NCBI GenBank assembly: GCA_963714675.1 | Contig: CAVQPG010000016.1 | Coordinates: 10,988-74,987 of the forward strand | Direction of reading: 5' to 3' | DNA: 64,000 nucleotides | Source of the DNA: an uncultured Chloroflexia bacterium | Lineage (GTDB): Bacteria; Chloroflexota; Limnocylindria; Limnocylindrales; CSP1-4 | In this document: piece after piece, positions 1-9,420 of the stretch | Position numbering within the stretch: the stretch's first letter is position 1 | Layout of the letters: the number at the start of each line of letters is the position of its first letter | Position numbers and translations under genes: made by a program | The notes under the pieces: model-generated | What the model was told of the DNA's origin: nothing | The model's input: the letters and a program-made list of their open reading frames with translations, nothing else | Databases searched by the model: none

Positions 1-418
1 GGAACGGCGTGAGTGGCGTCTCGAGAGACAGCGCGACCGTGACCAACTCGGGCGTGTCGACCTCGACGGCGACCTCCCAGCGGCTGGCCCACAACTCGCC
101 GTGGAAGGGGATCTCGGCACCGCGATAGACCACGCCCGGGCCGCCATTGGGCAGGCATTCCTGCCAACCACCCTCCCACTCGTCGAGGAAAGCCCAGACG
201 CCCGACGCCGGCCGACGACCACCGGGCATCGGTGGCTGCAGCCCAGCGGAGCTCCGCCAGAGGACGTCCGTGTCGGACCCCTTGTGCACGAACGACACGA
301 TGTCGCTGCCCTTGTCTGGCAGCAGCTCCACCCGGACCAGCTCGTTCTCGAGCGCGATGACGCGTCTGCCGGCCTCGACGAAGTCACGGACCCGTGCCCC
401 GAAGTGACGCGCCGCCAT
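1..418 (-). CDS. aldose 1-epimerase-like / DUF4432-type mutarotase-fold protein (5' part only, runs off the window)
   Basis: Open-ended, so absent from the ORF track. Minus-strand translation from ATG 418-416 gives MAARHFGARVRDFVEAGRRVIALENELVRVELLPDKGSDIVSFVHKGSDTDVLWRSS...WEGGWQECLPNGGPGVVYRGAEIPFHGELW, the N-terminal pattern of mutarotase-fold proteins. Its ATG overlaps the TGA of the corrinoid gene (ATGA). Confidence 0.5.
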   Translation of the reverse strand, partial: MAARHFGARVRDFVEAGRRVIALENELVRVELLPDKGSDIVSFVHKGSDTDVLWRSSAGLQPPMPGGRRPASGVWAFLDEWEGGWQECLPNGGPGVVYRGAEIPFHGELWASRWEVAVEVDTPELVTVALSLETPLTPF

Positions 419-1071
419 CACGCCTGCCTCACCCTCTCCGGAATCATGCCCAGAGCGACCTTGACCACGTCGACGGCGCGGGCGGCGTCGGTCGCGAAAC
501 CGTCCGCACCGATCTGGGTCGCGTACTCCTCGGTGACTGGGGCGCCACCGACGATGATCTTGGTGTCCGCGATGTCGCTCGCGCGCACCGCAGCAACGAC
601 ATCGGCCATGGCGGTCATGGTGGTCGTCAGCAGGGCCGAGAGACCGATGACGTCGGCATTGTTCTCGCGGGCGGCCTCGACGAACCGTTCGGCCGGGACG
701 TTCGTGCCCAGGTCGACGACCTCGAGGTTGGCGCCCTTCCACATCATCGAAACGAGGCCCTTGCCGATGTCGTGCAGGTCGCCCTGGACCGTCCCGATGA
801 CGACCGTGTGCTGCGGTTGCATGCCCGACTCGACGAGCGCCGGCTCGAGCTCGGCGAGCGCTTCCTTCATCGCGCGCGCCGCGATGAGCATGCCTGAGAC
901 GTAGACGTCTCCGGCCTGGAAGCGATCGCCGATGGCGGCCATGGACGCGGTCATCGCGCCCAGGATCTCCGGGGCGGGGGTGCCCTCCGCGAGCGCGTCA
1001 CGGGTGAGCGACCGCGCGGCATTGGCGTCGCCGTCTTCGATGGCGGTGCCCAGTGGGGCCAGGTCGGTCAT
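418..1071 (-). CDS. corrinoid (cobalamin-binding) methyl-carrier protein, MtaC/MtbC-like
   Basis: 217-aa ORF with a helical cap followed by a Rossmann B12-binding domain. It has the DxHxxG motif (GDLHDIGK) and IIVGGAPV. ATGA overlap with the upstream URO-D-family gene. Confidence 0.85.
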   Translation of the reverse strand: MTDLAPLGTAIEDGDANAARSLTRDALAEGTPAPEILGAMTASMAAIGDRFQAGDVYVSGMLIAARAMKEALAELEPALVESGMQPQHTVVIGTVQGDLHDIGKGLVSMMWKGANLEVVDLGTNVPAERFVEAARENNADVIGLSALLTTTMTAMADVVAAVRASDIADTKIIVGGAPVTEEYATQIGADGFATDAARAVDVVKVALGMIPERVRQA

Positions 1072-2366
1072 GGCGTCGTGCTCCTCTTGTCGTATGCCTC
1101 GAGCAGGTACTCGTAGACCTCGCGTGGGCTGTCGGTGCGGCGATCGGGGACCGGCTCGTACCGTCCGTCCGCCAGTAGGCCGAGCATGGGCGAGTAGTCC
1201 TGCAGGAAAGCGACCCCGCGCAGCTCGATCAACTCCGCCATGCGGTCGAAATAGGGTCGGTAGTCGAGCGGGGTGAAATCGCCGATGAACAGCACCAGGC
1301 GGTCCTTTACGCGCTCGTGCAGCTTCACGAGGGCGTCGAAGTCGTGCAGGGTGAACACGTTCAGGCCCTTCAGCCCATCCGTGGCCAGGAAGCTGTCGGC
1401 GTGATGGCTAGCGTTGCCGCAGTAGTGGACGATGCCGCCATCGAAGGCCGTGAGGATGCGGGAGTTGTAGGGCACCACGAACTCGCGGTACAGGTCGGCA
1501 TCGATGAGGACGGCGTCGTCGTCAGACAACCAAACGCCGATGTTCTCGCCGGTATACATCGACTGGTTGGCGATGCAGTAGCCGGGAGGATCGCCGATCA
1601 GGTCCTTCTGGGCCTGGACCCAGGTGATGAGTCCGTCGGTGATGACGTCCATCAGCTGGTGCATCGCCACGGGGTCATCCATCATGAGATAGATGAGCTT
1701 GTCGTAGCCCATCAACTGGTTGGCAGTGGTGAGCGGACCCTGGTGGTCGGTGAAGCCGATCGGCAGGTCGCTGTTCTCCTTCATGTAGCGCAGGTACTCG
1801 AGGACGGTGGGCATCAGGCCATCGCGCTCGGGATCGGGGACACGCAGGCGGCGGATGTCATCCGGACCCTGCACGGGGTAGTACGTGGGGTCAGCAGCCG
1901 GGTCCTGGCCCGGGTGGAACTCGACGCGACAACCGAAGGCGGAGGCTGCCACGACCGTGCCGAACCACGGCATCAGGTAGGGCACCCAGTCGTCGTCGAC
2001 GTTGCGGAGATGGTTCAGGTACCAGCGCTCCTGGGCGCTGACTGCCGCGGCGGGGTCGGTGTAGAACGTGTCCGGGACGGTCTCTGGTGCGTGCCCGAAG
2101 ACCCAGGCCACGGCGTCTGTCACTGATGCGACAGGCCGCTCCATAGGCTCGAAGGCGAACACCGCGTCCATGCGTGGTTTGGTGCGAGCGAGCCGCTCCT
2201 CGTACCGGCGCCGCAGCTCGGCACGCTCTGTCGCTTCGAGCGGCACTCCATAGTCCTGCTGGCTGTCTAGATCGTTCATTGGTGTTCGGACCCTCCCTGG
2301 CGACGGCCTCGTTGGTTGCATCCTCGGCCGCTGACCTCCATACCGCTTGTCATCCGGCGAACTCAT
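1068..2366 (-). CDS. URO-D-family (MtaA/CmuA-type) methyltransferase, putative substrate:corrinoid methyltransferase
   Basis: 432-aa ORF with URO-D-like TIM-barrel sequence and an H-x-C-G motif (IVHYCGN). The start is uncertain: 2366 overlaps the end of the SMP-30 gene, and internal ATGs at 2321 or 2279 are plausible. Translationally coupled to the corrinoid gene. Confidence 0.75.
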   Translation of the reverse strand: MSSPDDKRYGGQRPRMQPTRPSPGRVRTPMNDLDSQQDYGVPLEATERAELRRRYEERLARTKPRMDAVFAFEPMERPVASVTDAVAWVFGHAPETVPDTFYTDPAAAVSAQERWYLNHLRNVDDDWVPYLMPWFGTVVAASAFGCRVEFHPGQDPAADPTYYPVQGPDDIRRLRVPDPERDGLMPTVLEYLRYMKENSDLPIGFTDHQGPLTTANQLMGYDKLIYLMMDDPVAMHQLMDVITDGLITWVQAQKDLIGDPPGYCIANQSMYTGENIGVWLSDDDAVLIDADLYREFVVPYNSRILTAFDGGIVHYCGNASHHADSFLATDGLKGLNVFTLHDFDALVKLHERVKDRLVLFIGDFTPLDYRPYFDRMAELIELRGVAFLQDYSPMLGLLADGRYEPVPDRRTDSPREVYEYLLEAYDKRSTTP

Positions 2367-3234
2367 TCGTGGTCAGCCCCGTGACGCCCGGTCGACACAC
2401 GAAGGTGGCCCCCGCGAGCGGCTGCTCTCGAAGGGCATCGGCATCGAGGGCATACGCTGCGGACGTGATGTAGAGGTCCCGAAGATCGGGGCCGCCGAAA
2501 CACACGCTGGTCGGCTGCGTGACCGGAAGCCCGACCCTGCCCCTCAGCGCACCATCTGGCCGATAGCAGCGCACTTCGCCTCCGTAGAACAGCGCGACCC
2601 AGACATTGCCCTCGGCATCGACCGTCAGCCCATCTGGCATCCCCTCGTCCTGCGCGAACGCGACGAGACGGGATGGTTCGCCGAGCCCACCGCTCGCTGC
2701 GTCGAACGGATAGGCGTCGATGGCGTAGTTGCCCGAGTCGATGAAGTACATGACGTCGCCGCCGGGGCTCCAGCCCAGACCATTGGCGATCGTGAGGTCC
2801 GGCAGCACTCGCGTCACGGAGTGATCGGCGTCCACGCGATAAAGCGAGGCTGCCCCCTCGGAAAAGTCGAAGGCCATCGTGCCCGCCCAGAGTCGACCCT
2901 GAGGGTCGCACTTGGCATCGTTCATGCGGTTGCCGGGATTGTCACCCTCGATCGGCGCGAAGATGCGGACCTCATCATCTCCCTCATCGAGGAAACCGAT
3001 GCCGTCGCGCATCGCGACGACCAGTCCACCCGCGGCGCGAGGCATCGCGGCACCGACCTCCTGACCGACGCTGATCTTGTCAAGCGATCCGCTCGTCGGG
3101 TCGAGCCGATAGATCAAGCCCGGTGAGACATCGACGAAGAGCAGGGTGCCGGTGCGCGCGTCCCACGAGGGACCCTCGCCGACATCAGCGCCGACCTCGG
3201 CGACCGGCGTCACCTTCACGTCATCGAGACCCAT
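2350..3234 (-). CDS. SMP-30/gluconolactonase/LRE-family sugar lactonase
   Basis: 294-aa ORF. The N-terminus GEGPSWDARTGTLLFVDVSPGLIYRLDP and beta-propeller repeat pattern are typical of regucalcin/gluconolactonase. Confidence 0.85.
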   Translation of the reverse strand: MGLDDVKVTPVAEVGADVGEGPSWDARTGTLLFVDVSPGLIYRLDPTSGSLDKISVGQEVGAAMPRAAGGLVVAMRDGIGFLDEGDDEVRIFAPIEGDNPGNRMNDAKCDPQGRLWAGTMAFDFSEGAASLYRVDADHSVTRVLPDLTIANGLGWSPGGDVMYFIDSGNYAIDAYPFDAASGGLGEPSRLVAFAQDEGMPDGLTVDAEGNVWVALFYGGEVRCYRPDGALRGRVGLPVTQPTSVCFGGPDLRDLYITSAAYALDADALREQPLAGATFVCRPGVTGLTTNEFAG

Positions 3235-3252
3235 AGCTGCCTCCCTGCGAGC

Positions 3253-4002
3253 TCAGAAGTTGCCGAGCGAAGAACCGCCATCGACCAGGTATGTGGACCC
3301 GGTGATGTGGACAGCGGCCGAGCTGCTCAGGAAGATCACTACCGCCGCGACATCCTCAGGCTGCTGCAGCGCACCGAGTGGCACCGCCTTGGCCGCCCGT
3401 GCCGCGTACTCCGCATTGCGCTCCGCCTCTGCTCGCGCAAGCCCGGCGTTGACGATCCCGGGGGCAACCAGGTTGCAGCGGATGCCGTCCTTGGCATGCT
3501 CGAGCGCGATGGACCTCGCGAGCATCTGCAATGCGGCCTTGGTCGCCGAGTACGGAGCGATCTCTGGCCAGGGCCGCTCGCCGACCCATGAGCCACTCAG
3601 CACGATGGAGCCAGCGGTCCCGTCGCGCACGAAGCGCCGGACCGCCGCCTGCGTGACGTGGAAGTTCCCCGTGAGATTGATGTCGATCTGGCGCTGCCAG
3701 GATTCCACGCTGACGTCGATGTACGGAGTGGGCTCGACGATGCCGGCGTTCCCGATGACGATATCGAGCCCCTCGGGGGCATCGATGAAGGCATCGACGG
3801 CCGCGCGGTCTGTGACGTCCGCGGTGACGTACGTGAGACGCTCCGGCGGCTGACCATCGAGCAGCGCGGCGGCGCGTTCGGGACCGGAACGGCCTACGCC
3901 GACGACCGTCGCTCCGGCGTCGAGGAATGCATGGCAGACCGCGCGGCCGATATCGCCCGCCGCACCTGTGACCAGGACAGTCTTGCCATCGAACTCCGCC
4001 AT
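3253..4002 (-). CDS. short-chain dehydrogenase/reductase (SDR)
   Basis: 249 aa, with the TGAAGDIG cofactor motif and catalytic YSATK. ATGA overlap with the upstream dehydratase gene. Confidence 0.85.
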   Translation of the reverse strand: MAEFDGKTVLVTGAAGDIGRAVCHAFLDAGATVVGVGRSGPERAAALLDGQPPERLTYVTADVTDRAAVDAFIDAPEGLDIVIGNAGIVEPTPYIDVSVESWQRQIDINLTGNFHVTQAAVRRFVRDGTAGSIVLSGSWVGERPWPEIAPYSATKAALQMLARSIALEHAKDGIRCNLVAPGIVNAGLARAEAERNAEYAARAAKAVPLGALQQPEDVAAVVIFLSSSAAVHITGSTYLVDGGSSLGNF

Positions 4003-5177
4003 CAGGACCCCTTTCCGCTATCACCAGGTCGCAGGTCCACGACCTCCATGATCGAATCCTTGCTGAACAGCGCCGGGTCGATGGGCTCGAATGGGTGCTC
4101 GGCGATGGCAGCGTGATCCAGTTCGACGCCGAGACCGGGCGCTTCAGAGACGTCGATGTGCCCGTCGACCACCCGCGGGGCGCCGAGGACGACCTCGTGT
4201 CGCCATGAAACATCCCAGGGCTCGAGCATCTCCTGGATCTGGAAGTTGGGGCTCACCACGTCCACAGCCAGGGTGGCGGCCGTGGCCACGGCACCGTTGG
4301 GGTTGTGCGGTGCGATCTGCACGAACCACGACTCAGCCATCGAAGCGATCTCTCGAGCCTCCGCGATGCCTCCGACGTGGAGCACATCGGGCTGCAGGAT
4401 GTGGACCGCGCCGACTTCGATCAGTCGCCGCGCATCCAGCCGTGAGTAGCAACGCTCTCCTCCGGCGATGGGGACACGGCTGTGCTCGGTGACGTGACGC
4501 ATGGCGTCGGCGTTACCCGGCGGTACCGGCTCCTCGAAGAAGAAGCAGCCGTACTCCTCAAGGCGCTGAGCGACCGTCAGGGCCGCGTGTACGCTGAAGC
4601 GACCGTGGCCCTCGATGAGGAGCGCGACCTTGGGCCCCAGCGCCCGCCGCAGCGAGCCCACGATGTCCATGGCCAGGTCGATCTCGTCGATGGTAGGCGC
4701 CAGGCCGGCTCGCCCGAAGGGGTCGAACTTGAGGGCGCGATAGCCGAGCTCGACTACCTCGGTGGCCCGCTGTACCCATTCATCGACCGTCTGGACACCG
4801 AAGTACCACCCGTTGGCGTAGACCGGGAGCTTCCCGTGGACGCGCCCACCGAGCAACTTCCAGACGGGCTGTCCGAGCTGCTTGCCCATGATGTCCCAGA
4901 GCGCGATCTCGACCGCTGCCAGTCCGGTCCCGGCGACGTACCCGCCGACCCAGAACGGGTCACGGGTGAGCAGCCGGCGGACGCCGGCGATGGACGTGGC
5001 GTCGGCTCCGATGAGCACGCGGCGCAGATCCTGGAGGTGGCCCTGGATGGTGAGTTCGCGACCTTCCAGCGTGGCCTCGCCCAGCCCGATGAGGCCAGTG
5101 TCAGTCTCGACCTCGACGAAGACCCAGTTTCGCCAGCCGGCGTGGCATGGATACCAGCGGAGATCAGCGATGTGCAT
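4002..5177 (-). CDS. enolase-superfamily sugar-acid dehydratase (mandelate racemase/muconate-lactonizing family, galactonate-dehydratase-like)
   Basis: The ORF 4002..5261 is trimmed to ATG 5177 (MHIADLRWYP...FVEVETDTGLIGLGEA), which follows GGGAGAG. The capping and barrel domain pattern is typical of the family. Confidence 0.8.
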   Translation of the reverse strand: MHIADLRWYPCHAGWRNWVFVEVETDTGLIGLGEATLEGRELTIQGHLQDLRRVLIGADATSIAGVRRLLTRDPFWVGGYVAGTGLAAVEIALWDIMGKQLGQPVWKLLGGRVHGKLPVYANGWYFGVQTVDEWVQRATEVVELGYRALKFDPFGRAGLAPTIDEIDLAMDIVGSLRRALGPKVALLIEGHGRFSVHAALTVAQRLEEYGCFFFEEPVPPGNADAMRHVTEHSRVPIAGGERCYSRLDARRLIEVGAVHILQPDVLHVGGIAEAREIASMAESWFVQIAPHNPNGAVATAATLAVDVVSPNFQIQEMLEPWDVSWRHEVVLGAPRVVDGHIDVSEAPGLGVELDHAAIAEHPFEPIDPALFSKDSIMEVVDLRPGDSGKGS

Positions 5178-6273
5178 CGGGCTCTCCCGTGGTCGGCGCA
5201 TCGTCATCGTCCGGGCCGAGAGTCGACTTGCGGAACATGCGCTTCTTGCGCACTTGGTCAAGGCCCGCGGCCAAGATGACCACGGCTCCGACGAAGAGGT
5301 TCTGCAGCGTGGAGTCGACCTTCAGCAGGATGAGCCCGGTGGTCAGGATGCTCAACAGGACGGCTCCGATGACCGTGCCTCGGATCGAGCCGATGGAGCC
5401 CGAGATGCTCGTTCCACCGATGACGACAGCCGCGATGACCTCGAGCTCGAAGCCTCCGCCCAGGGATGGTGGGCCGGAGCTCAACCGGGACGCCATCAAC
5501 ACGCCGGCGAAGGCGGCCAGTGCGCCGCCGAGGACGTACGTGGCGATGGACACCTTGACGACATTGATGCCGACGCGTCGGGCGCCGTCGCGGTTGCCGC
5601 CTACCGCCCGCACCGTCCAGCCGAAGTTCGTCCGCTCCAGCAGGATGTCCATCAGGATCGCCACCACCGCGGCGATGATGATCAGCAGCGGCAGGCCCAG
5701 GAACTCCCCCTGACCGACGGCCGTGAACTCGTCCGGTAGCGGCCCGATCGGATTGCCGCCTGAGAGCGTGACGACCAGTGACCGGACGGCGAATAGTGTT
5801 CCGAGCGTCACGATGATGGGCGGGATGCTGACGAAGTTGACGAGCGTGCCGTTGACCAGACCGACGGCAACGCCAGTGGAGATCCCGAACCCGAACGCCA
5901 GGGGGACGGCCCAGCCGGCATCGGCGGCCCAGGCCGCGCTCACCGCTCCGGCAGCGAAGACCGACCCGATCGAGAGGTCCAGGCCGCCACCGATCAGGAC
6001 GAAGGTGGAGCCTGCGCCGACGATGATCAGGAACACGGCGTTGCGCAGGATGTTGATCCAGGTCTGCTGGTCCAGGAAGCGGTCGTTCTGCGTAGCGCCC
6101 AGCACCACGAAGATGATGATGACCACGATGAGCGCACTTGCGCTGCTCGAAGCGATGCGGCGCCAGCGCGACTGCGAGACGGAGGCCAGGCCGACGTCCG
6201 AGGTGCCGCCGCTGGGATCGCCCGCGGCGGCGGCCGCTGGGGGGATGCTGCTGGTCGAACCCGAGTCAGGCAT
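5164..6273 (-). CDS. sugar ABC transporter permease (CUT2/RbsC-type)
   Basis: Hydrophobic multi-span ORF. I chose ATG 6273, which overlaps the ATPase stop by 8 nt; the longer ORF start at 6378 lies inside the ATPase gene. Confidence 0.8.
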   Translation of the reverse strand: MPDSGSTSSIPPAAAAAGDPSGGTSDVGLASVSQSRWRRIASSSASALIVVIIIFVVLGATQNDRFLDQQTWINILRNAVFLIIVGAGSTFVLIGGGLDLSIGSVFAAGAVSAAWAADAGWAVPLAFGFGISTGVAVGLVNGTLVNFVSIPPIIVTLGTLFAVRSLVVTLSGGNPIGPLPDEFTAVGQGEFLGLPLLIIIAAVVAILMDILLERTNFGWTVRAVGGNRDGARRVGINVVKVSIATYVLGGALAAFAGVLMASRLSSGPPSLGGGFELEVIAAVVIGGTSISGSIGSIRGTVIGAVLLSILTTGLILLKVDSTLQNLFVGAVVILAAGLDQVRKKRMFRKSTLGPDDDDAPTTGEPDAHR

Positions 6274-7082
6274 CTGAGGCACGCCTTCCCGCCTCATGGT
6301 CACCGGGCAAGGCGCCGGTGATGAGCCCGACGAGCTCCTCCGGTGTCGTCTCTGCGACTTGGCGGATCCCTTGCACACGGCCGAGCCGCATCACCTGGAC
6401 ACGGTCAGCGACCCTGAACACGAACGAGACGTCGTGGCTGATGAGGACCACGGCCTTGCCGTTGGCGCGCAGCTCACCCACGGTGTCGGCGACCTGTTGG
6501 GTCTCCCTGACGCCCAGGGCGGCCGTCGGCTCATCCATGACCACGATGGGGTTGTCATCGCGGATGGCGCGGGCGATGGCGACGCCTTGTCGCTGGCCGC
6601 CAGAGAGCTCGCCCACCGGTACACGCACAGATGGCAGGCGTACCCGCAGCGCGCGAATGGTGGCGGCGGCCTCATCGATCATCCGCGGCCGATCCGCGAA
6701 GAAGTGCCACCGGCTCAGGGGTTGGCCGAGGAACATGTTGGCGGCTACGTCGAGCGTCTCTACCAGGGCCAGGTCCTGGAAGACGGTCGGAGACACCCAT
6801 CGATCGGGCTACGTGTGGATCACTGCCCCTGAGGGTCTTGCCCCTGATACGGAGCTCGCCCTTGTCCAGGGCGTAGACGCCCGAGATGACCTTGACCATG
6901 GTGGACTTGCCGGCACCGTTGTCACCGACGATGGCCAGCACCTCGCCTGGATACGCGTTCAGCGAGACATCCCGAAGTGCGACCACGTGACCGAAGGCCT
7001 TCCACGCTCCCATCAGCTCGAGGGCTGGTGTGGTGCTCGGAACGTCAGGTCCGGTGCCGACTTCGGGAGTGCTCGCTTGCAC
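6266..7082 (-). pseudogene. sugar ABC transporter ATP-binding protein, reading frame broken once
   Basis: The Walker A motif (GDNGAGKST) is in ORF 6672..7082. The signature and Walker B motifs (LSGGQRQ, VVMDEPTAAL) are in ORF 6266..6796. The frames join at about 6795 (..ARSMGVS / TVFQDLALVE..). Confidence 0.8.
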
Positions 7083-7093
7083 GATGGAGGACC

Positions 7094-8083
7094 CTAGCTC
7101 GCGGGTTCGAGGCTGGGGATGAACTCGGCCGGGCAGCCACCGTATGGCAGCCGATCGGCCGTGACCGGGTCGACGTCGATCGGCCAGAGGGTCTGCTCGG
7201 GACCATTTCCAGCCTGGTCAGCCTTGATCAGCTCTCCTGCGAACGGAGAGGCCCAGAAGTAGCACTGGGTCAGCGTGGTCGTGATCCAGCCATCCTCGAT
7301 CGCGGCCAGGGTCGGATCGAGGGCGTCGATCGACAGGACGAAGACCTCACCGGGCTCCAGACCCGCCTCAGCGAATGCTGCCGGGACTACGCCCGGAGCT
7401 GCGCCTTCGATCAGCCACAGGGCGTCCATCTCGGGATAGGCGAGGCTGATGGCGCCCAGCTTCTCAGCGGCCTCGGCCGGGTCGGAGTTGTCCGTTTCCC
7501 AGGCCAGTTCGGTGATGCCCGGGTATTCGGCCGCGACCTGCGCGCGGAAGCCTTCGACCTGCGCCACCTGGTTGGGCGTCTCGCGCGCCGTGCCCAGGAT
7601 GACGACGTTGGCTTCTGGCCCCACTTCGGCGGCGATGATGTCCGCGGAGACCTTGCCGTACTCGGCATTGTCCGTGCCGACAGAGTAGTCGGCTGCTTCG
7701 TCGATGCAGCCGATCGACACGACGGTGATACCTGCGGCCTGCGCTTCACCGATGACACCGCTGAAGGCTGCCGGGTCCAGACTGCAGGTGATGATGCCGT
7801 CAGCGTCGTCGGCGATAGCCTGCTCCATCATCGAGATCATGGCCGGGATATCGATGGTGTCCGGCCCCACCAGCGTGGGCGAGTAGCCGATGCGGTCTGC
7901 CGCGGCCGCGAAGGCCTCGTCCGACTGGCCCCAGGCTTGGAAGCTGGGCAGCGGGTTGACGTACCAGATGTTCAATGGGTCATCGCCATCCTGGGCGTGG
8001 ACAGGTCCCACCGCCACAGCTGCCAGAGCCAGGCTTGCCAGCGCTGCAGTGACCTTGGACCGAGTGTGCCGATTGCGTTGCAT
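7094..8083 (-). CDS. sugar ABC transporter periplasmic substrate-binding protein (CUT2/RbsB-like)
   Basis: Start chosen at ATG 8083 (MQRNRHTRSKVTAALASLALAAVAVGPVHAQ, a signal peptide) after GGAGA. Periplasmic-binding-protein type I pattern. Confidence 0.75.
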   Translation of the reverse strand: MQRNRHTRSKVTAALASLALAAVAVGPVHAQDGDDPLNIWYVNPLPSFQAWGQSDEAFAAAADRIGYSPTLVGPDTIDIPAMISMMEQAIADDADGIITCSLDPAAFSGVIGEAQAAGITVVSIGCIDEAADYSVGTDNAEYGKVSADIIAAEVGPEANVVILGTARETPNQVAQVEGFRAQVAAEYPGITELAWETDNSDPAEAAEKLGAISLAYPEMDALWLIEGAAPGVVPAAFAEAGLEPGEVFVLSIDALDPTLAAIEDGWITTTLTQCYFWASPFAGELIKADQAGNGPEQTLWPIDVDPVTADRLPYGGCPAEFIPSLEPAS

Positions 8084-8271
8084 GGATCTCCGAACCTCCC
8101 TCTTCGTTGCGTCGATCGCGACGTGCCACACTAGAGGTATGACGTCACACCTCACTCTACCTAGCCATGTCAACCCCCAAAGATGAGCGTGGAACTGCCT
8201 ATCGAAGGTGCTTCTCGCTTGAAGCCAGGAGCTGGGAAGAAGGGCTGGTGCAGTGGATGTATGATGTCTAC

Positions 8272-9067
8272 ATGAGTGTCACGATGAGCCCGGCCGACCC
8301 CAAGACTCGAACTCATGGGACCACTACAGCGAAGAGCGATGGGAGGTCACGCACCGAGATCCTCACCGCTCGTTTGGTCGACGAGATCATCAGCGGTTCG
8401 TTTGCCCCTGGCAGCACGGTACCGACCGAGGCACAGATCGGAGAGGCGAACGGCGTCAGCCGCACGGTCGTGCGCGAGGCGATCAAGATCCTCGAGGAGA
8501 AGCAGCTCGTACGCATCGATCGCGGACGAGGCACCGTCGTACTGCCTCGGCGCGAGTGGAGGATGCTCGACGCGGCGACGCTCTCTGCGCGGATCCGCCA
8601 CGGAGACGGCGAGGTGGTGGTCCGTGAGCTCATCGTGGTGCGCAAGGGACTCGAGCCTGAGCTCGCGGCGATCGCTGCGTCGTGCGGAACGGCCGAATTC
8701 GATCGCGTCGATCGGGGCTCGTGTCGAGGCCCTCGCGCGCTCGATCGGAAATGAGTCTGACTACCGTGCTGCCGATGGGCACTTCCACGAGGCCATTGCC
8801 GAAGCGGCAGGGGTGGCCATCGCCGCCGAATTCCTGCGTGTCATGCGCGAACCGCTGGATCTTGGTCGCCAGCTCACCGACCTGATCCCCGACGCCATCG
8901 CCAGCGCGCATCAGGACCACCTCGACGTCTTCGCAGCCATCGGGGAGCGCGATCCAGAGGCAGCTCGCGCCGCGATGCGGCGACATCTCGAATGGGCAGA
9001 GGAGCGGCTAGGGCTGGCACTCGATCCCAAGACACAGCCGTGTGCTCAGCTGACGTCACGACCCTGA
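8272..9067 (+). pseudogene. GntR/FadR-family transcriptional regulator, frame broken once
   Basis: The winged-helix part (PTEAQIGEANGVSRTVVREAIKILEEKQLV) is in the frame of ORF 8167. The FCD-type C-terminal part (GARVEALARSIGNESDYRAADGHFHEAIAEAAG...) is in the frame of ORF 8315. The switch is at about 8680. Confidence 0.75.
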
Positions 9068-9112
9068 TCGCTACGCCCCAGCGCGTCAGGTAGCGCGGTC
9101 GTCTCGGACTCC

Positions 9113-9420
9113 GTGATCAGGACGGGATTGGCGACTCGGCACGACGGTCCAGGGCCGCGGCTCATCTCACCGAGCGACCATCAGCGCTTCGCGATGCCGC
9201 AGCAGCGGCAGCCGGGCGCAGACGTGACCGCCCACGGTGGCCCCGTCGCCGATCACATCTGCGGCGACACGACCCCGATCGTCGAGGACTTCGTGCGCCG
9301 CCCGGCGCCCGGCTCCCGGCTCCCGGAGACCGACCACGTCACCGACAAGCAGAAGGCCAAGGACCTGCCAGGAGTTGCCCGAGAACGTGGTCAACCGTCA
9401 CACCTGGCGACCCTCCCCGC
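9113..9420 (+). pseudogene. mosaic remnant: internal fragment of a URO-D-family methyltransferase fused to a copy of the xylA 3' end
   Basis: 9130-9370 reads ..LISPSDHQRFAMPQQRQ..VTAHGGPVADHICGDTTPIVEDF..DHVTDKQKAKDL. This parallels residues of the 19700-20732 gene (20310-20520, roughly 75-80% nt similarity by eye) but has no N- or C-terminal part. From about 9370 the sequence ccaggagttgcccgagaacgtggtcaaccgtcacacctggcg matches the last xylA codons at 31450-31491. Confidence 0.6.

Noticed and set aside
9390-9403. gtcaaccgtcac here, and gtcaaccggcac at 31471-31482, resemble half of the LacI-type palindrome.
   Set aside because: Only one arm matches. Both lie in the xylA C-terminal coding sequence (VVNRH) or its remnant, so this is a coding coincidence. 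The same applies to caaccggttc at 14881-14890 inside the SBP gene.
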